Origin: Rebecca billardiae RCC1528 | Lineage: Eukaryota > Protista > Haptophyta | DNA length: 64,000 bases | Direction of reading: 5' to 3' | NCBI GenBank assembly: GCA_965240325.2 | Contig: OZ251222.1 | Coordinates: 1,736,001 to 1,800,000, forward strand | Shown here: positions 1 through 12,127 of the stretch, piece after piece | Position numbering within the stretch: position 1 is the first letter of the stretch | Layout of the letters: each line of letters opens with the position of its first letter | Notes under the pieces: generated by a model | Told to the model about the DNA's origin: nothing | Databases searched by the model: none | The model's input: only the letters and a program-made list of their open reading frames with translations | Position numbers and translations under genes: made by a program

Positions 1-178
1 AGTAAACTTGTGAGTGACTCGAGTCTCGACTGGACACTGGTTGAGGTTCGCGGACTCGTTCGGGCGGACGAGGTTGCCGCCACACGGGATTACAGACGGG
101 CGGGCGGAGCCTCAAGGCGATGTGCGCGCTGGTCAGTGCTGACGGACAGGAGATTTGAGTGATTGCAAGGCCGGGCTT

Positions 179-793
179 TCAGAGTTCCCTGCCTCCCATC
201 GAGCGCAGGTTGCCATCTGCAAGCGACACGACGATTGCCCACACTGACCAGCCGCCATTGAACGGCGGCCGCATCTCGCGCCGCAGCTGGAAGAGGAAGC
301 GCCGCGTATCGCACGCGTCTAGGTCGCCACGGGGCGATACCACTGCCACCTGCGAGGCGTACTTTGAGCCATCACCCACGGCGCTCAGCGGCTCGAGCGT
401 CCAACCTTCGTTGTCGATGAGCCGGCCAATGTCCGACTTGCGCACTCGCGCACGGTACTTTTCAAAGTTGCCGTGCCCGTTGACGGGCGCGCCGCGGTAG
501 AGGTCATGCGTCCAGTCCCAGAAGCAGCGCACGCCCGAGTCCGTCTCGGGAAAGTTGTTGAGCTTCAGCGCGCGCAGCACGTTCTCCACGACCTCGTCGA
601 CGGGCACACCCGGGTGCACGCTGCGGACAACGCCCCACTGGTCCACCTCGGCACTCATGCGCACGAGCCCGGCGTGGACGCGCCGGCACTGGTTTGGGTG
701 AGACTGCCGAGCGCCAACCCCCGATCGTGGAAGGGCTTGGCGCGCGCTCACGCCGAGCGCGGAGACGAGGAACACGCATGCCGCTGCCGCCAT
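179..793 (-). CDS. Hypothetical protein with signal/plastid-type leader (DUF4864-like algal domain)
   Basis: 204-aa ORF with hydrophobic N-terminus (MAAAACVFLVSALG) and a globular region VVENVLRALKLNNFPETDSGVRCFWDW...RRFLFQLRRE..GGWSV resembling algal plastid hypotheticals. Confidence 0.6.
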   Translation of the reverse strand: MAAAACVFLVSALGVSARQALPRSGVGARQSHPNQCRRVHAGLVRMSAEVDQWGVVRSVHPGVPVDEVVENVLRALKLNNFPETDSGVRCFWDWTHDLYRGAPVNGHGNFEKYRARVRKSDIGRLIDNEGWTLEPLSAVGDGSKYASQVAVVSPRGDLDACDTRRFLFQLRREMRPPFNGGWSVWAIVVSLADGNLRSMGGREL

Positions 794-1309
794 CGCAGTG
801 ACAGCGCTGATCGCCCCGCGACCGGCCCGGGCGGCGTCTGTCCGAGACCGATGCTACAAACCGTACAACTACAAACGGCCCTTCGGGCAATCGGGCTACA
901 AGTACAGTATTCAAGCAGTACAAACCACTACTGTATGGGGGTACAGTACTTACTGCTGTTAACAAGAGTATCAAGCTCCGCTAGTATCAGACACCAGTGA
1001 CTCCGCCCGCCTCCAGGACTCTGGACTGCGCGGCCGGTGCGGGTGCCAGCTGCAGGGCTGATAATGAGGAGTGCGGACTGATGAGTAGCCTGACTGAGCG
1101 GACAAGCCTCGGTCCAGCGTCAGCGGTCAGGCGCACGTCGCCACGTGCGGCGGACTGACGGCACTGACGCGGCATCCATTATCCAAACAAAGCCCTGCAC
1201 GTCCACTTTGCAGGCGCGCTGATGCCTGATGCCGATGTCCGTGCCGCGTGCGGTGATGCTGCGCATTCGTGATGAGTGTTGTGCCTCGGGCGCAACGCAC
1301 CACCGCGAC

Positions 1310-4300
1310 TCACGCCGTCGCCACCGCGGCCGCGGCTGCACTGCTCACATCACCGTCTGCCTCGGCATGCACGGCGGCCACGCCCACGCTGCCGTCGGTG
1401 CCCGCGCGCCGCTCGCACTTGTCAGCTGCCGCGCCGGCGACGGCAGCGACTGCTGTCGACTCGTTGACGCGGATGGGCAGCGGAGCGAGTGCCTTTGACG
1501 CGGGAACGGCGCCCTCCACCGACGGGGCCGCCTCGCACACGTCCGCCTGCATCGGCTTCGGCTCATCCGCGCCCTGCGCCTCGGTGCCGTCGGCCGCGGC
1601 CTCGATCGCCTTGGCGGCCGCGTTTGCGAGCTCGAGCGACGCCGCAAAGCCGTTGGCGAACGGCGAGGCCGCCGGGTTGAACCGGACGGAGAAGCGGCCC
1701 GAGCCGCCCGAGCCGCCCGCGGTGCGCGCGACGGGCGTGAGCAGCGAGTCCAGGTTGAGGAAGCCGAGCATCTCGTCCTGGCTCAGCTTGCCCGACGCTG
1801 GCGTCGACGGCGTCGCCGCGCCGAGCAGAGGCGTCCGCCCCGTCGCTCCCACGCGCGCGCCCGACGCCAGCGGCGGCTGCAGCTGCTTCGACGGCCGCGG
1901 CGTCATGCCGGCGGCGTCGCGAGGCGGCGGCGGCATCAGTGCCGCGCGCGCCGCGCCGGGCGTCACCTGCGCGAACGCCGAGCCGCGAGCCTGCGGCGCC
2001 GCCCCCGCCGGCGCCGCGCCCGAGCCAGACGACGCCCCGGGCACCGCGAGCAGCTCGCCGGCGGTGCGGGGCGAGAGGCAGAGGGTGCGGCCGCGCGCGC
2101 CGGCCGAGACCCCCGGCGGCGCCGGGCGTGGCGGGCGCTCGTTTGCCCTGCTGCCGACCTCGCGCGCGGGCGGGCACGCCTCCGCCTCCGCAGCCGCCGC
2201 CGCCGCCACCGCCGCGCCCTTGGGCGAGACGGTGATGAGCGGGCGCGTCGAGGGCGAGAGCAGCACCGTGTGCCCTTGCTTGGTGAGGTTGCGCAGCAGC
2301 TCGTCGACGTCAAACTGCATCAGGTCGTTGAGCTTCTTGCCCGAGCCGAGGATGTTGGACGCGGCGCCGGGCGTGCACGCCACGGGCGCGCGCGCGAGCG
2401 AGAGCGGGGTCGTCGCGGCGTAGCCCGCTGGCCGCTTGGCCGGCGTCGGCTGCCCGAAGAGGCCAGCTGATGAGTCCATGAGAGCGCGCAGCTCGAGCGA
2501 TGCCTCGTCTGCGCCGCTCGCGCCAGGCGGCGAGAGCGCGTGCTCTCGACTGAGCGCGGCGACGAGCGCGCTCGGCAGCTGCCCGCCCTCGCTCTTGCGC
2601 TTTTTGGTCACGAGCTCGATCGAGTTCTGCATCGAGCTCTCCACCAGCGAGTCGCAGAACTCCTGCAGCGAGAACACCTGCGCGCGCCGCGCGAAGCGAC
2701 GCAAGAGGCCGAGGCGCGCGCGCGTGCGTTAGGAGATGGAGCGAGTCTGCCGCTGCGCGCACGCTCGGCTGCGGCGCGGCGATTGCGGGCGCACACCTTG
2801 TCCTGCAGCTTCTTCTTGTCCTCGGCGGAGGCAAGGTGCGCGGTCGATGCCCACAGCTGCGCACGCGCATCGCGGGCAGGTGGCGGCGCGCGCGGTGCGG
2901 CAAGGTCAGCGCGGCCGCGCGCGAGCACACAATGTCGCGGCGCGCAGATTGGGCGCCGCCTGCACGGTGGCCGGCGCGCACCTGGTTGAGCTGGTTGATG
3001 TTCTGCAGGAGGGCCTGGCGCGTGCCCTTGACAATGTCCCTCTCGGCCGTGTTCGTCGACGGCGGTGCCGACGTGCGCCGCGTCTTGCTGCCCTTCGGCC
3101 GCCCGCGCTTCTTGGGCGGGGGCTTGACATCCTCGTCAGCCGCGGCCGGCGCGGCCTCCGCCGCGCCCGCGGCCGCGGCGCCCGCGACCGCCGAGGACAG
3201 CCGGTTGAAGTTGCCGATCGGGTCATCCGGGTCGTACGGCACGGGCGCAATGAGCTGCTGCGTCTGCGCCGTGGGTGCCACGCCCGAAGCGGCCTCGCCC
3301 GTCGCGGCCGTGTAGCACACCGCGGCGGGGAAGTGGAAGACAGTCGGCGCAACGGCCTCTGGCTTGGGCTCGGCCTCGGGCGCGCTCGGCGGCGCGAGCT
3401 CCGGCGCGCCGGTGGGTGGCGCGGGCGCATCGAGCGCCGCCGCCGGCATGGCGGGCGCCGCGCCGATCGGTTCGGTGCCCTGCGCCGCGGGCGGCGCCGC
3501 GAGCTCCGCGGGCGTCGCCGGCCGCTGCGGCATGGACGCTGCTGGCAGCTGCGCCGCGCCGATCGCCTCTGGTGCCGCTGGCGCAATCGTCGTCGGCATC
3601 AGCGCGGGGACGGGCTGCTCCGGCAGAGGGGGCACGGCCTCGGCGGAGGGGTCCGCACGCGCGAGCTGGCTGCCCTCTGCGCTCTCCACCGGCGCGGCCC
3701 GCTGCTCGGTCGGCGCAGCGCTCTCTGCCAGCGCGGCCGGCGGCGGCGCGAGCACGGGGCCATCCGCCCCGGCCGCCGCGCCCGCGTCCTGCGCCTCGCT
3801 CGACGGCTTGTTGCGGTTGAGCTTGCGCAGCTCGCGGCGGAGCGCCGAGTTCCAGTGGTTCTTGATGGCGTTGTCCGTGCGCCCGGGCAGCACCGACGCG
3901 ATCTTCGCCCACTTGTTCCCAAACCTGCGATGCGCCTCGACCAGCATTGCTTCCTCCTCGGGCGTCCAGTTGTGCTTCTTGATGTCGGGGTCGAGCTGAT
4001 TGTGCCACCGCTCGCGGCACTGCTTGCCCGTGCGCCCGTTCAGCTTGCTCGCGATCAGTGACCACTTCTTCGTCCCAAGCTCCCGCACGAGCTGCACGAC
4101 GAACTCGTCCTCCTGCGCGGTGCGCGCCAGACCACGGTGGTCGCGCGCGCGCGCGCGGTGTGAGGTGACTGGCGCGCGAGGGCTGCGCCGGCGGCAGCGC
4201 GCTCTGAGGCGCACCTCCTGCGTCCATGGGCGGCGCGACGCGTCCCCCTTGTCGTCGGCGCTCATCTCGGCCGACTCGGCGGCGTGCGCCGCGTCCACCA

Positions 4301-4313
4301 CGACCGGGTCCAT
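1310..4313 (-). CDS. R2R3-MYB transcription factor with AT-hook; exons 4313-4215, 4112-2982, 2856-2797, 2677-1310
   Basis: Two Myb repeats [22 protein letters not shown]...[14 protein letters not shown] and [39 protein letters not shown]; [10 protein letters not shown]-hook; three GT-AG introns restore one frame. Confidence 0.9.
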
Positions 4314-4689
4314 CCTCCCGGGGGCAGCGGCTGCTGGCCTGTTTGATTTCGAATTGGCGCCAGGGTTGACCGGACTTTTTCAAACACGTGCGTCCGGGCG
4401 CACTGAACTCAACAGTCATTCTCAATTCAGTCAACACGTCCGCCCGGCCCCTCCGCTGCTTGCTCCGGACGCGCGCGATGGTGCCCATGCACTCTTGAGC
4501 CACCGTGGTCGCCGTACGGTAACACGGCGACGGGCTCGTGTCGTGGTGGAGGCCGCGCTCGCCGACCAGAGAAGCGTGCTCCTGATCGCTACGCTCTGTG
4601 ATCGGAGAGCTAGGCGCGCCCTTGAGCTTCCCTCGGCCGTGCGCGCCTGCACGCGAGGGCTCGCGCGCGACTACAGCTCGCGAATCAGC

Positions 4690-6648
4690 ATGCCGGGCTG
4701 GTGGCCGCCCTCCACGCACCAAGGGCGGACGGCCCCGACCGCGTTGGGAGCGCTCGTCGTACTCGTCCTCACGGCTCGCGGCCACGCGGCTGCGCCGCCG
4801 CCGCAGCCCCCACAGCTGCGCGTCGCCGTGAGCGAGCTGTTCAGAGACATGTTCAGCACTCCGGACTCGTGCGAGCCCAACCGCACCGCGGCGCCTTGGC
4901 TCGGCTCGGCGGAGCTGCGGGGCACGTGGAATCGCACGCTGCTGCCGCCCGTGCGCGCTCTCAACGACACGATCCTCTCTGCGCCGTACCTCTTCCGCCC
5001 CGATCGGCGCGTGTGCGCTGGCAGCGCTGATCTCCCACCGGCCGATGCGGCGCCCGCCGGCTTCTGCGTGAACACGGCGTGGGACGGCACCCTGTTCGAC
5101 CAGTACGCGATGGAGCGGCACGTGCTCTCCCGCGTGCTGCAGCGCACCACGCTCGTCTGCGGCGGCGGCGCGCGCAGCCTGGCCGAGCTCTCGGCGCGCG
5201 CCGCAGCCGACCCGTCGTGGTGCGACGCTGACGTCGTCTACGTCCCTTCTCTGCGCTTCCACCACTTTGCGATCGGCGGCGACGGGTGGGTGGCGTGGCG
5301 GGGCTGCCTCGTGCGCTCGCTCTTCGTGCGCTACTGGGAGGCCGTCGAGATGCTGTACCACGCGCGCGCGCGCCCCGGCGGCCGCGCGCGCCTCGTCGTC
5401 GTCGTCGATCCGCACAGCTGGAACTCGCACGTGCAGCTCAAGAACCTGCGCTCGATGGGCGAGCGGACGTCTGGCTTCCTCTCGAGGCTGGTGCTCGGCG
5501 TGAGCATGAGCTCGCTCCCGACCGCCGACCGCCACTGGATCTTCGGGACCACGCGGGCCGCCGCCGACTGGCGCGACGGCGCCGAGGAGGAGCTCGCGCG
5601 GCGCGAGCGGCTGCTGGAGCACGCGCGCGGCGCGCGCAAGCAGCTGCGCAGCTTCTGCGGCGGGCCCCTCTTTGCCACGCTGCCGATGGTGGTGGGCATG
5701 GACCACGCGGCGGACTGGAGCGCGCGCAGCGGCGCGTTCGACCCCGCGGCCCGCCGGCCCATCGCGCTCCTGTACGACGCCGACTCGCGCCGCGATGGGA
5801 TGGATCGGCTCGCAGGCATGCAGCACACGCGCCCTGTCGTGCGCCGCGCGCTCGCCCGCCACGGCGCCAGCGCGTGCCGCCACCGCTCCTTTGGCACCAT
5901 GGTCATCTGCCGCGAGCGCGGCCTGCGGAACTGCAGCCAGTTCTGCTCGACCCTGTACGGCCGGCTCGCGCGGGCCGAGTTCGTGATCGAGCCGCCCGGG
6001 GACGTGCTTGGCCGCTCGCACGCGTACGCCGCAATGGCGGCCGGCGCCATCCCTGTGCTGCTGGAGGGCGGGCACGACGCATACGACTCGAGCGCGCCGA
6101 CGTGGTGGGCGTGGCGCGCGGCGCGGGCGGCGCACGCGGGCGGCGCGCGCGCTGGGCGGGGCACGCGCGCTCGACGCCGGCTGCTGGCCTCGCGCGCGCC
6201 AGTGCTGAGCGCCGCCGGCACGGTCGCGCTCGACTACTCGCGCTTTGCCGTGTTCATCAGAGCGGCCGAGATTGCACGAGACTCGCACGCGTACTGGATG
6301 CGATGGCTGCTCGAGCTGTCCAACGACAGGCGGCTGCTCGCGCGCATGCGCGCCGAGATGCAGCGCGCGATGCCCTTCTTCACCTACGCCCCGCACGACT
6401 GCCGCGGCGCCGCGGACGGGGCCGTCTGCGATGCGGTTTCCGCGTTCGACGCAGTCGTTCGGCGCGCGTGGCTCGCGAGCTCGCAGCTCATGCCGCCGCG
6501 GCTGCCATACCACTTTTGGAGGGAGCGGAGCGTGTGCACGCGGCCCTCCGCGCGCTTCGCCGCGGAGGGGCCGATGATCAATTACACGACGTTGCTCGGC
6601 ACGCCCAAACTCCAACGGCGCCATCTGCCGAAGCTGATGTTCACGTGA
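4690..6648 (+). CDS. Exostosin-like glycosyltransferase (GT47)
   Basis: N-terminal signal/anchor (ALGALVVLVLTA); GT47-like motifs ADVVYVP and RAEFVIEPPGDVLGRSHAYAAMAAGAIPVLL. Confidence 0.75.
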   Translation: MPGWWPPSTHQGRTAPTALGALVVLVLTARGHAAAPPPQPPQLRVAVSELFRDMFSTPDSCEPNRTAAPWLGSAELRGTWNRTLLPPVRALNDTILSAPYLFRPDRRVCAGSADLPPADAAPAGFCVNTAWDGTLFDQYAMERHVLSRVLQRTTLVCGGGARSLAELSARAAADPSWCDADVVYVPSLRFHHFAIGGDGWVAWRGCLVRSLFVRYWEAVEMLYHARARPGGRARLVVVVDPHSWNSHVQLKNLRSMGERTSGFLSRLVLGVSMSSLPTADRHWIFGTTRAAADWRDGAEEELARRERLLEHARGARKQLRSFCGGPLFATLPMVVGMDHAADWSARSGAFDPAARRPIALLYDADSRRDGMDRLAGMQHTRPVVRRALARHGASACRHRSFGTMVICRERGLRNCSQFCSTLYGRLARAEFVIEPPGDVLGRSHAYAAMAAGAIPVLLEGGHDAYDSSAPTWWAWRAARAAHAGGARAGRGTRARRRLLASRAPVLSAAGTVALDYSRFAVFIRAAEIARDSHAYWMRWLLELSNDRRLLARMRAEMQRAMPFFTYAPHDCRGAADGAVCDAVSAFDAVVRRAWLASSQLMPPRLPYHFWRERSVCTRPSARFAAEGPMINYTTLLGTPKLQRRHLPKLMFT

Positions 6649-7367
6649 TACACATACTGCGCGGTGCCCAGTCGGCGGCGCGGCGCGGCGCCGGCCGGCC
6701 CGCCGGACTAGTCAGCCGGACGGCCGGTACTGCGGACTGCCATTAGACCATTAGTGATTAGTTTAGACTGCGCCATTGCGCCGACGACGACTCGCTGAGG
6801 CTGCGGATACTGCTGCTGTTAGTTACGACGCTGTATAAAATTCAGCGGCGCGGCTGGCTGCGACTGCCACTCCGTGACTCCGTCAGACTCCTGAATGACC
6901 TGAATAGTGAATCCGATGGCCGACCGATGCCAGATTCCAGAACAGCCTGCTGCCTGGAAGGACAAGGAGGACTACTAATACTGTACAGTGATGCTGTTAT
7001 GTCAGCATGCTGCATCATGTCATAAGCAGACAATGCTGCACCATTGACGTAGTGACGTACGTGGCTCGCGATGAGCTCCGGCCGGTGAGACGCGAGCCGC
7101 GGCGCGCTGACGCAAGTGAGACTTGTCACTTGCGTCTTGCAAGAGTAGCAAGAGTAGCCAGCGGATGACACGGCTGGCCCTTCAGTCAGGTTCGGAGCTC
7201 GCAGAGACGACTCGGGAGGTCAAGCACGGGCCGCAGCTGCGCTCGACGAGGTGCAAAAGGAGGGCGGCGGGCGCGGCCAGCGCGCGTGTCCGGGCGGGGA
7301 GGGGCGTGTAGTACCATGCCAGCACAGGTCATGAATCGATCGGTCAGTCAGCGCGGGTCGGGGTCGG

Positions 7368-7666
7368 TCATGCGCCCGTGTTGTCGTCCAGCTCATAGTC
7401 GATGGGGATGTCGCCGAGCGCGTTCAGGCGGTCCTCCAGGTCGTCGTCCCTCGCGTGCTTGGTCGGCTCGGGCGCGTCGATCGCGGTCGTGGACGCGAAC
7501 TGCGCGGGCGCCTCGACCACCTCCGCGGCGGCCGCCGGAGATCTCGCGTGCGCGAAGCGCTGCACAGACGGGCTCGCGATCGCGTCGCGCTGGGCGCCCG
7601 CCTTGGCGACGCCGCCCTCGGCGGCCGGGGGCTCGGCGTTCCACGTGGAGCCGAAGAAGGCGGCGA

Positions 7667-7697
<31 letters not shown>

Positions 7698-9591
7698 CTC
7701 CTGCTCGCGCTGCTGCCGCTGCAGCGCCTCAAGCTGCTGCTGGGGCGACGTCTGGTCGCCGCGCGAGGCCTGGCGCGCGAGCGGCGGGTGGCCGGCCGCC
7801 GCCGCCACCTGCTGCTGCTGCAGCTGCGCATAGTGCGCCATCTGCGCCATGTGCGCGATCTGCGCGGCGAAGAGCTGCTGCTGCTGCTGCTGCTGCTGCG
7901 CGTGCTGCGCCTGCTGCTGCTGCTGCTCGCGAGCCTGCTGCTGGCCCGACGGCTGCGTGTCCTTGTTCGTGCAGCTCGGCGAGTTGGGCTGGGGAGCCGC
8001 CGAACGCTCCGTGCGCTCCGTGTCACGCCGCTGCAGCAGCGGCGTGCCGCCGAACGCGCCCGTGTTGAAGAGCGCGTTCGAGTACGGGTTGGCCATGCCG
8101 AAGGGGTTGCCCATCATCGCCGCGAACTGCGGCATCGTCGGCATCACGTTGGGCATGCCGAGCCCGGCGCCGAGGGTCGACATCGAGTGCGCGCCCTTGC
8201 GCATCTTGGCGGCGCCCTGCTGCGCCGGACGCGAGCTCGACGCCGCGCGCTGCGAGACGGCGTGCGACATGGCGGGGCGGATGCGGCTCGAGCCGGTCGG
8301 CGAGGGGGGCGAGTCGCCACCCGCCGCCATCGAGTCCACCTGGCTCGTCGTGTGCGACGCGAGCTGCCCGCCGCCCACCGAGCGCGCGCGCTTCCGCGAG
8401 CCCTCCGGCCGGCGTGGCGCGTCGGGCGCGACGCCGCCGTTCGCGGCGGCCTTGAGTGCCTGCATCTCGTGCACGAGCTGCTGGTTGCGCGTCTTGAGCG
8501 AGTCGAGCTGCGGCTCGAGCGCCTTGTTGAGCTTCTTCAGCTCGCGGTTCTCCGACGTGAGCTCCGAGTTGCGCTTCTCCAGCGCGGCCACCTTGTCGCG
8601 CAGCCGCGACGCCATCTTCCACGACGCGTCGAGGCGCTCGCGCAGCCGCTTCTCGCTGCGCGGCGCGGGCGGAGCGGCGCGCGTGGGCGGGGGCAGGAGA
8701 GGGGGATGAGCGCCGCGCGCCGAGCACGCCGTTCATCGCGCTCCTCGCGCTCGCGCGCGAAGCGTGACGCCGCCACCGGCCGACGGCCGCGCGCACGCGC
8801 GCGCCGCGCCGCGCGTGCACTCACACAAAGCTGTCTCCATTGGTGCTCTCATGCTCAATCAGCTTGTGGATGCGCAGCGAGGAGGGGTTGGCGAAGCACT
8901 TGCCGCAGCCGGGCATCTGGCACGCGAAGGCATCGGACTGCTCGTGCAGCTTGAGGTGGTACTCCAGGTGCTTTTGCACCTGCGCACCCACGTGTCGCGC
9001 GCGCGCGCGGGGCAGGGAGCATACACGCGCTCAGGACACAAGCACTCTGGCGCTCACCGGGCGCGCGCGCGCGCGGGTGTGGGGGGAGCCGCGCACCTTG
9101 AAGGCCTTGTCGCAGTCCGCGTGCGGGCAGGTGAAGGGCCGCTGGTTGGAGTGGGTCAGCAGGTGGCGCTTGAGCAGCGCGCGGTCGATGAACGCCTTGC
9201 CGCACCCCTCCTCCTCGCACTTCCATGGCTTCTCGCCGGTGTGGATCCGGTAGTGGCGCTCGAGTGCCCACTTGGAGGCGAAGGTCTTGCCGCAGCCCTC
9301 CCACGTGCACGTGCGCGAAGGATCTGGCGGGGGCGAGCCGCCCGTGCCGAGCTGCGAGTTGAACCCCAGCGCCTGCTCGACGTCGTGCGCTGGCATCGCG
9401 TGGCTGCCGACCGCGTGGCTCGGCGGCGCGCCGTGCGCAGAGCTGGCAAGATCGTCGAAGGTGCGATCGTCGTCGTCGGTGGGCACGCCGTGCATGATGG
9501 CCTGCATGATCTCGGACGAGAGCACATCCTCAGCGAGCGGCTCCATCACCGCCTGAAGCGTCGGGCTCGACGGGTGCTCGACGGCGAGCAT
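7368..9591 (-). CDS. C2H2 zinc-finger transcription factor (4 fingers) with coiled coil and polyQ; exons 9591-9097, 8979-8825, 8655-7368
   Basis: CTWEGC..HYRIH-TGEKPW-CEEEGC..HLLTH, CPHADC..HLKLH, CQMPGC..HKLIEH; GT-AG introns join three ORF fragments in frame; heptad-rich LEKRNSELTSENRELKKLN; CAG tracts. Confidence 0.88.
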
Positions 9592-10069
9592 CTTGGCGCG
9601 GCCGTGCGGTCCAGCTTTCTCGCGCAGGCAGGTGCCGCCCGCACTCCGCACTTGCGGGGATTCCCCTGCTAGAGTGAGCGCGAGCATCGGCTACTTTGAT
9701 GAACGAAACCCAAAGCGAACTCTCTCGAAACCAATGGTTAATCGGAGCGAATCTCGACCTACCCGCAATTGTTAATTACGCCGATCTGCAAATCAGACTC
9801 ATAGAGGTATTCAAGCTAAGTAGAATCCCGTTCAGACCGACCAGCCAACAGTCGTTTTCAGAGTCTTGCTGGTGCTCTGATAGTAGCAATGAGTAAGCAG
9901 CACTGTAGACACCATATTCAACAAACCACCCGAGATCCCGCCAGAATGATGCACCCCGATGGGTCGGCGGTAAAAACACGAGAGGCGATTGCACGAATAT
10001 TCATAATCCACCAATTGAATTGATGAATTCCTGACGACTCGGCGTTGGATCCATTAACCACACTACTAG

Positions 10070-11199
10070 CAAGGGCGGTAAGGGCTGTCAACTCCCAGTG
10101 GCGCCGAGTGGCGGAGGTTGGTTGCCCCTCAACTCGTGCGGCCTCGCGGCGCAGCGGCTAAGTCTCCTGGGGCGCCGCCCAGGAGGGCGCGTGGGGTGCG
10201 CACGCCGCGTGCTCCTGCGGCCGCGGCAGCGGCCGCGGACACGGCGCGCGTGGTTGGTCGCATGCTAGACAGTATGTAGTACCCTCCCACGCCGCGCGCC
10301 GTGCTCGCCGGTGCCCTCGCCGTGCCTCAGGCCAGCCGCGCACGCGCGCCGCACCAATGGCCAGCCGTGGCCACGCGCCAGCCGCCGGCGCGCGCGCGGT
10401 GCGCGGTGCGGTCGGCGCGGGTCGGGCGCGCGCCCGGGGCGAGGCTTGTGTATGTTGGGCGCGCGTCATGCCGCCTCGCGCCGCCGCGCTGGAGCCCGCA
10501 TGGGTCGGCGCGCACGCGTTCTCATGCTGTCGAGTGTGCATTGCCATGTTTGAAAATGCTCATGTTGAGACGATCATGGGAAGGCAGCGACGCGTGATAG
10601 ACAAGCGCAGACCACTGATATGAGCACGACTAGCATCATACTATGGCACGCGAGCCCCCAAGTGCTCGCGTTCCTCGCACTCAGTGCGCTCACAGCCGCT
10701 TGTCCAAGCTCATTTCTGATGGCCGAGGAATGCTCGACGAGCACCCTTCAGCAGCCGCGTGGAACGTGATCAAGCTCGTGTGCGGCGGCGCGAGGCGGCA
10801 TGACGCGCGCCCATCATACACAAGCCTCGCCCCGGGCGCGCGCCCGACCCGCGCCGACCGCACCGCGCACCGCGCGCGCGCCGGCGGCTGGCGCGTGGCC
10901 ACGGCTGGCCATTGGTGCGGCGCGCGTGCGCGGCTGGCCTGAGGCACGGCGAGGGCACCGGCGAGCACGGCGCGCGGCGTGGGAGGGTACTACATACTGT
11001 CTAGCATGCGACCAACCACGCGCGCCGTGTCCGCGGCCGCTGCCGCGGCCGCAGGAGCCCGCGGCGTGCGCACCCCACGCGCCCTCCTGGGCGGCGCCCC
11101 AGGAGACTTAGCCGCTGCGCCGCGAGGCCGCACGAGTTGAGGGGCAACCAACCTCCGCCACTCGGCGCCACTGGGAGTTGACAGCCCTTACCGCCCTTG
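10070..11199. mobile_element. Non-autonomous foldback DNA transposon with ~418-bp TIRs and 7-bp TSD (ctactag)
   Basis: 10070-10487 is the reverse complement of 10782-11199 (2 mismatches seen); termini CAAGGG...CCCTTG; ctactag at 10063-10069 and 11200-11206. Confidence 0.88.
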
Positions 11200-11656
11200 C
11201 TACTAGTAATGTTTTGACCGAGCAGGTAGTCCAGGTAAGCACGCCTGATGATGAACAAGGCCTAGGACGACCTGATTCCGTTTCCATCGTTTTAAAAAAC
11301 CCGCACGCTCATCCCGTCGGACTGTCCGTCCACGCGGAGTCGCGGACGCGGGAAGGTTGTGAGCGTGGAGTGCACACTGGTTGTCGTGCCGGCCCGCCCG
11401 TGCGGTGTAATGACTCACTACACTGCGCGATTCCCCATACTGTAACATCGCGCTGCGGCGGGGCCGCGGCCGCCGCGGGCACGGTCGCGGCTGACCGACC
11501 GCGGCCGCGACCGCGACCGCGGCAGGCCGCCGCGCGGCCCGGCGGCGTCGCGGTCGCAGAGCGGCCCGCCCTGAGCCGGCGCCAGAATCACCGATTTGTC
11601 GGGATAGTAATCCTCGCGTCGCACCGCCGACCATTGCCTGATTTCCCGAATCGGCG

Positions 11657-11720
11657 CCGGCCCCTGCGACTGCCCCTCCGCCGGCCCCTGCGACTGCCCC
11701 TCCCTGCGACTGCCCCTCCG
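11657..11720 (+). repeat. Short tandem repeat (core cctgcgactgcccctcc x3)
   Basis: Directly visible repeated units. Confidence 0.7.
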
Positions 11721-12127
11721 CGGGTCCGACAGCCCTGATCCGGGCGCTGGAGGCCGCGGCCGCGAAGGCCCAGCTAGTCTTAGGAGTCACCAGTGACTGG
11801 ACAACTCGACAGCTAGTCGGAGGCGTTGGCGGCGGAGTGGATTCGGCGGCGGCGCCCCCTGAGCGTGCGGCATAACCGGCGCGCCGGAGTTCCGAGGAGA
11901 ACTCATTCTGCCGGTCGTCGACGGTCTGAACTACCGGCGAAAGTCGGCTGAATGAAGCTTTGAAGTATTAACTGTCGCGCGGGCCTCGCGCGTCGCGCCA
12001 CTGGCTTGGCCTGCTCCCTCCGGTTGCCGCTGCCGGTCTGCCACTACTCCGGACAGCGCTCTATTCGCGCGCCGGCAACGGGCAAGGGTACATCAGCCTC
12101 CTGACGATCCGGTGGGCTCACGACGAG

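Noticed and set aside
3223-6624. 1133-aa minus-strand ORF and other long shadow ORFs (e.g. 37254-41525, 21704-23854, 24278-26017)
   Set aside because: Arg/Ala/Pro-rich antisense or off-frame products of very high GC3 coding sequence; no motifs, and they overlap well-supported genes
10547-10623. Spacer peptide MFENAHVETIMGRQRRVIDKRR resembling a hAT dimerisation motif
   Set aside because: Too short and weak, and the 7-bp TSD does not fit hAT (8 bp)
11248-11276. TGATGA...CTGA as a box C/D snoRNA
   Set aside because: Boxes are only ~25 nt apart with no terminal stem; such words are common in these intergenic regions
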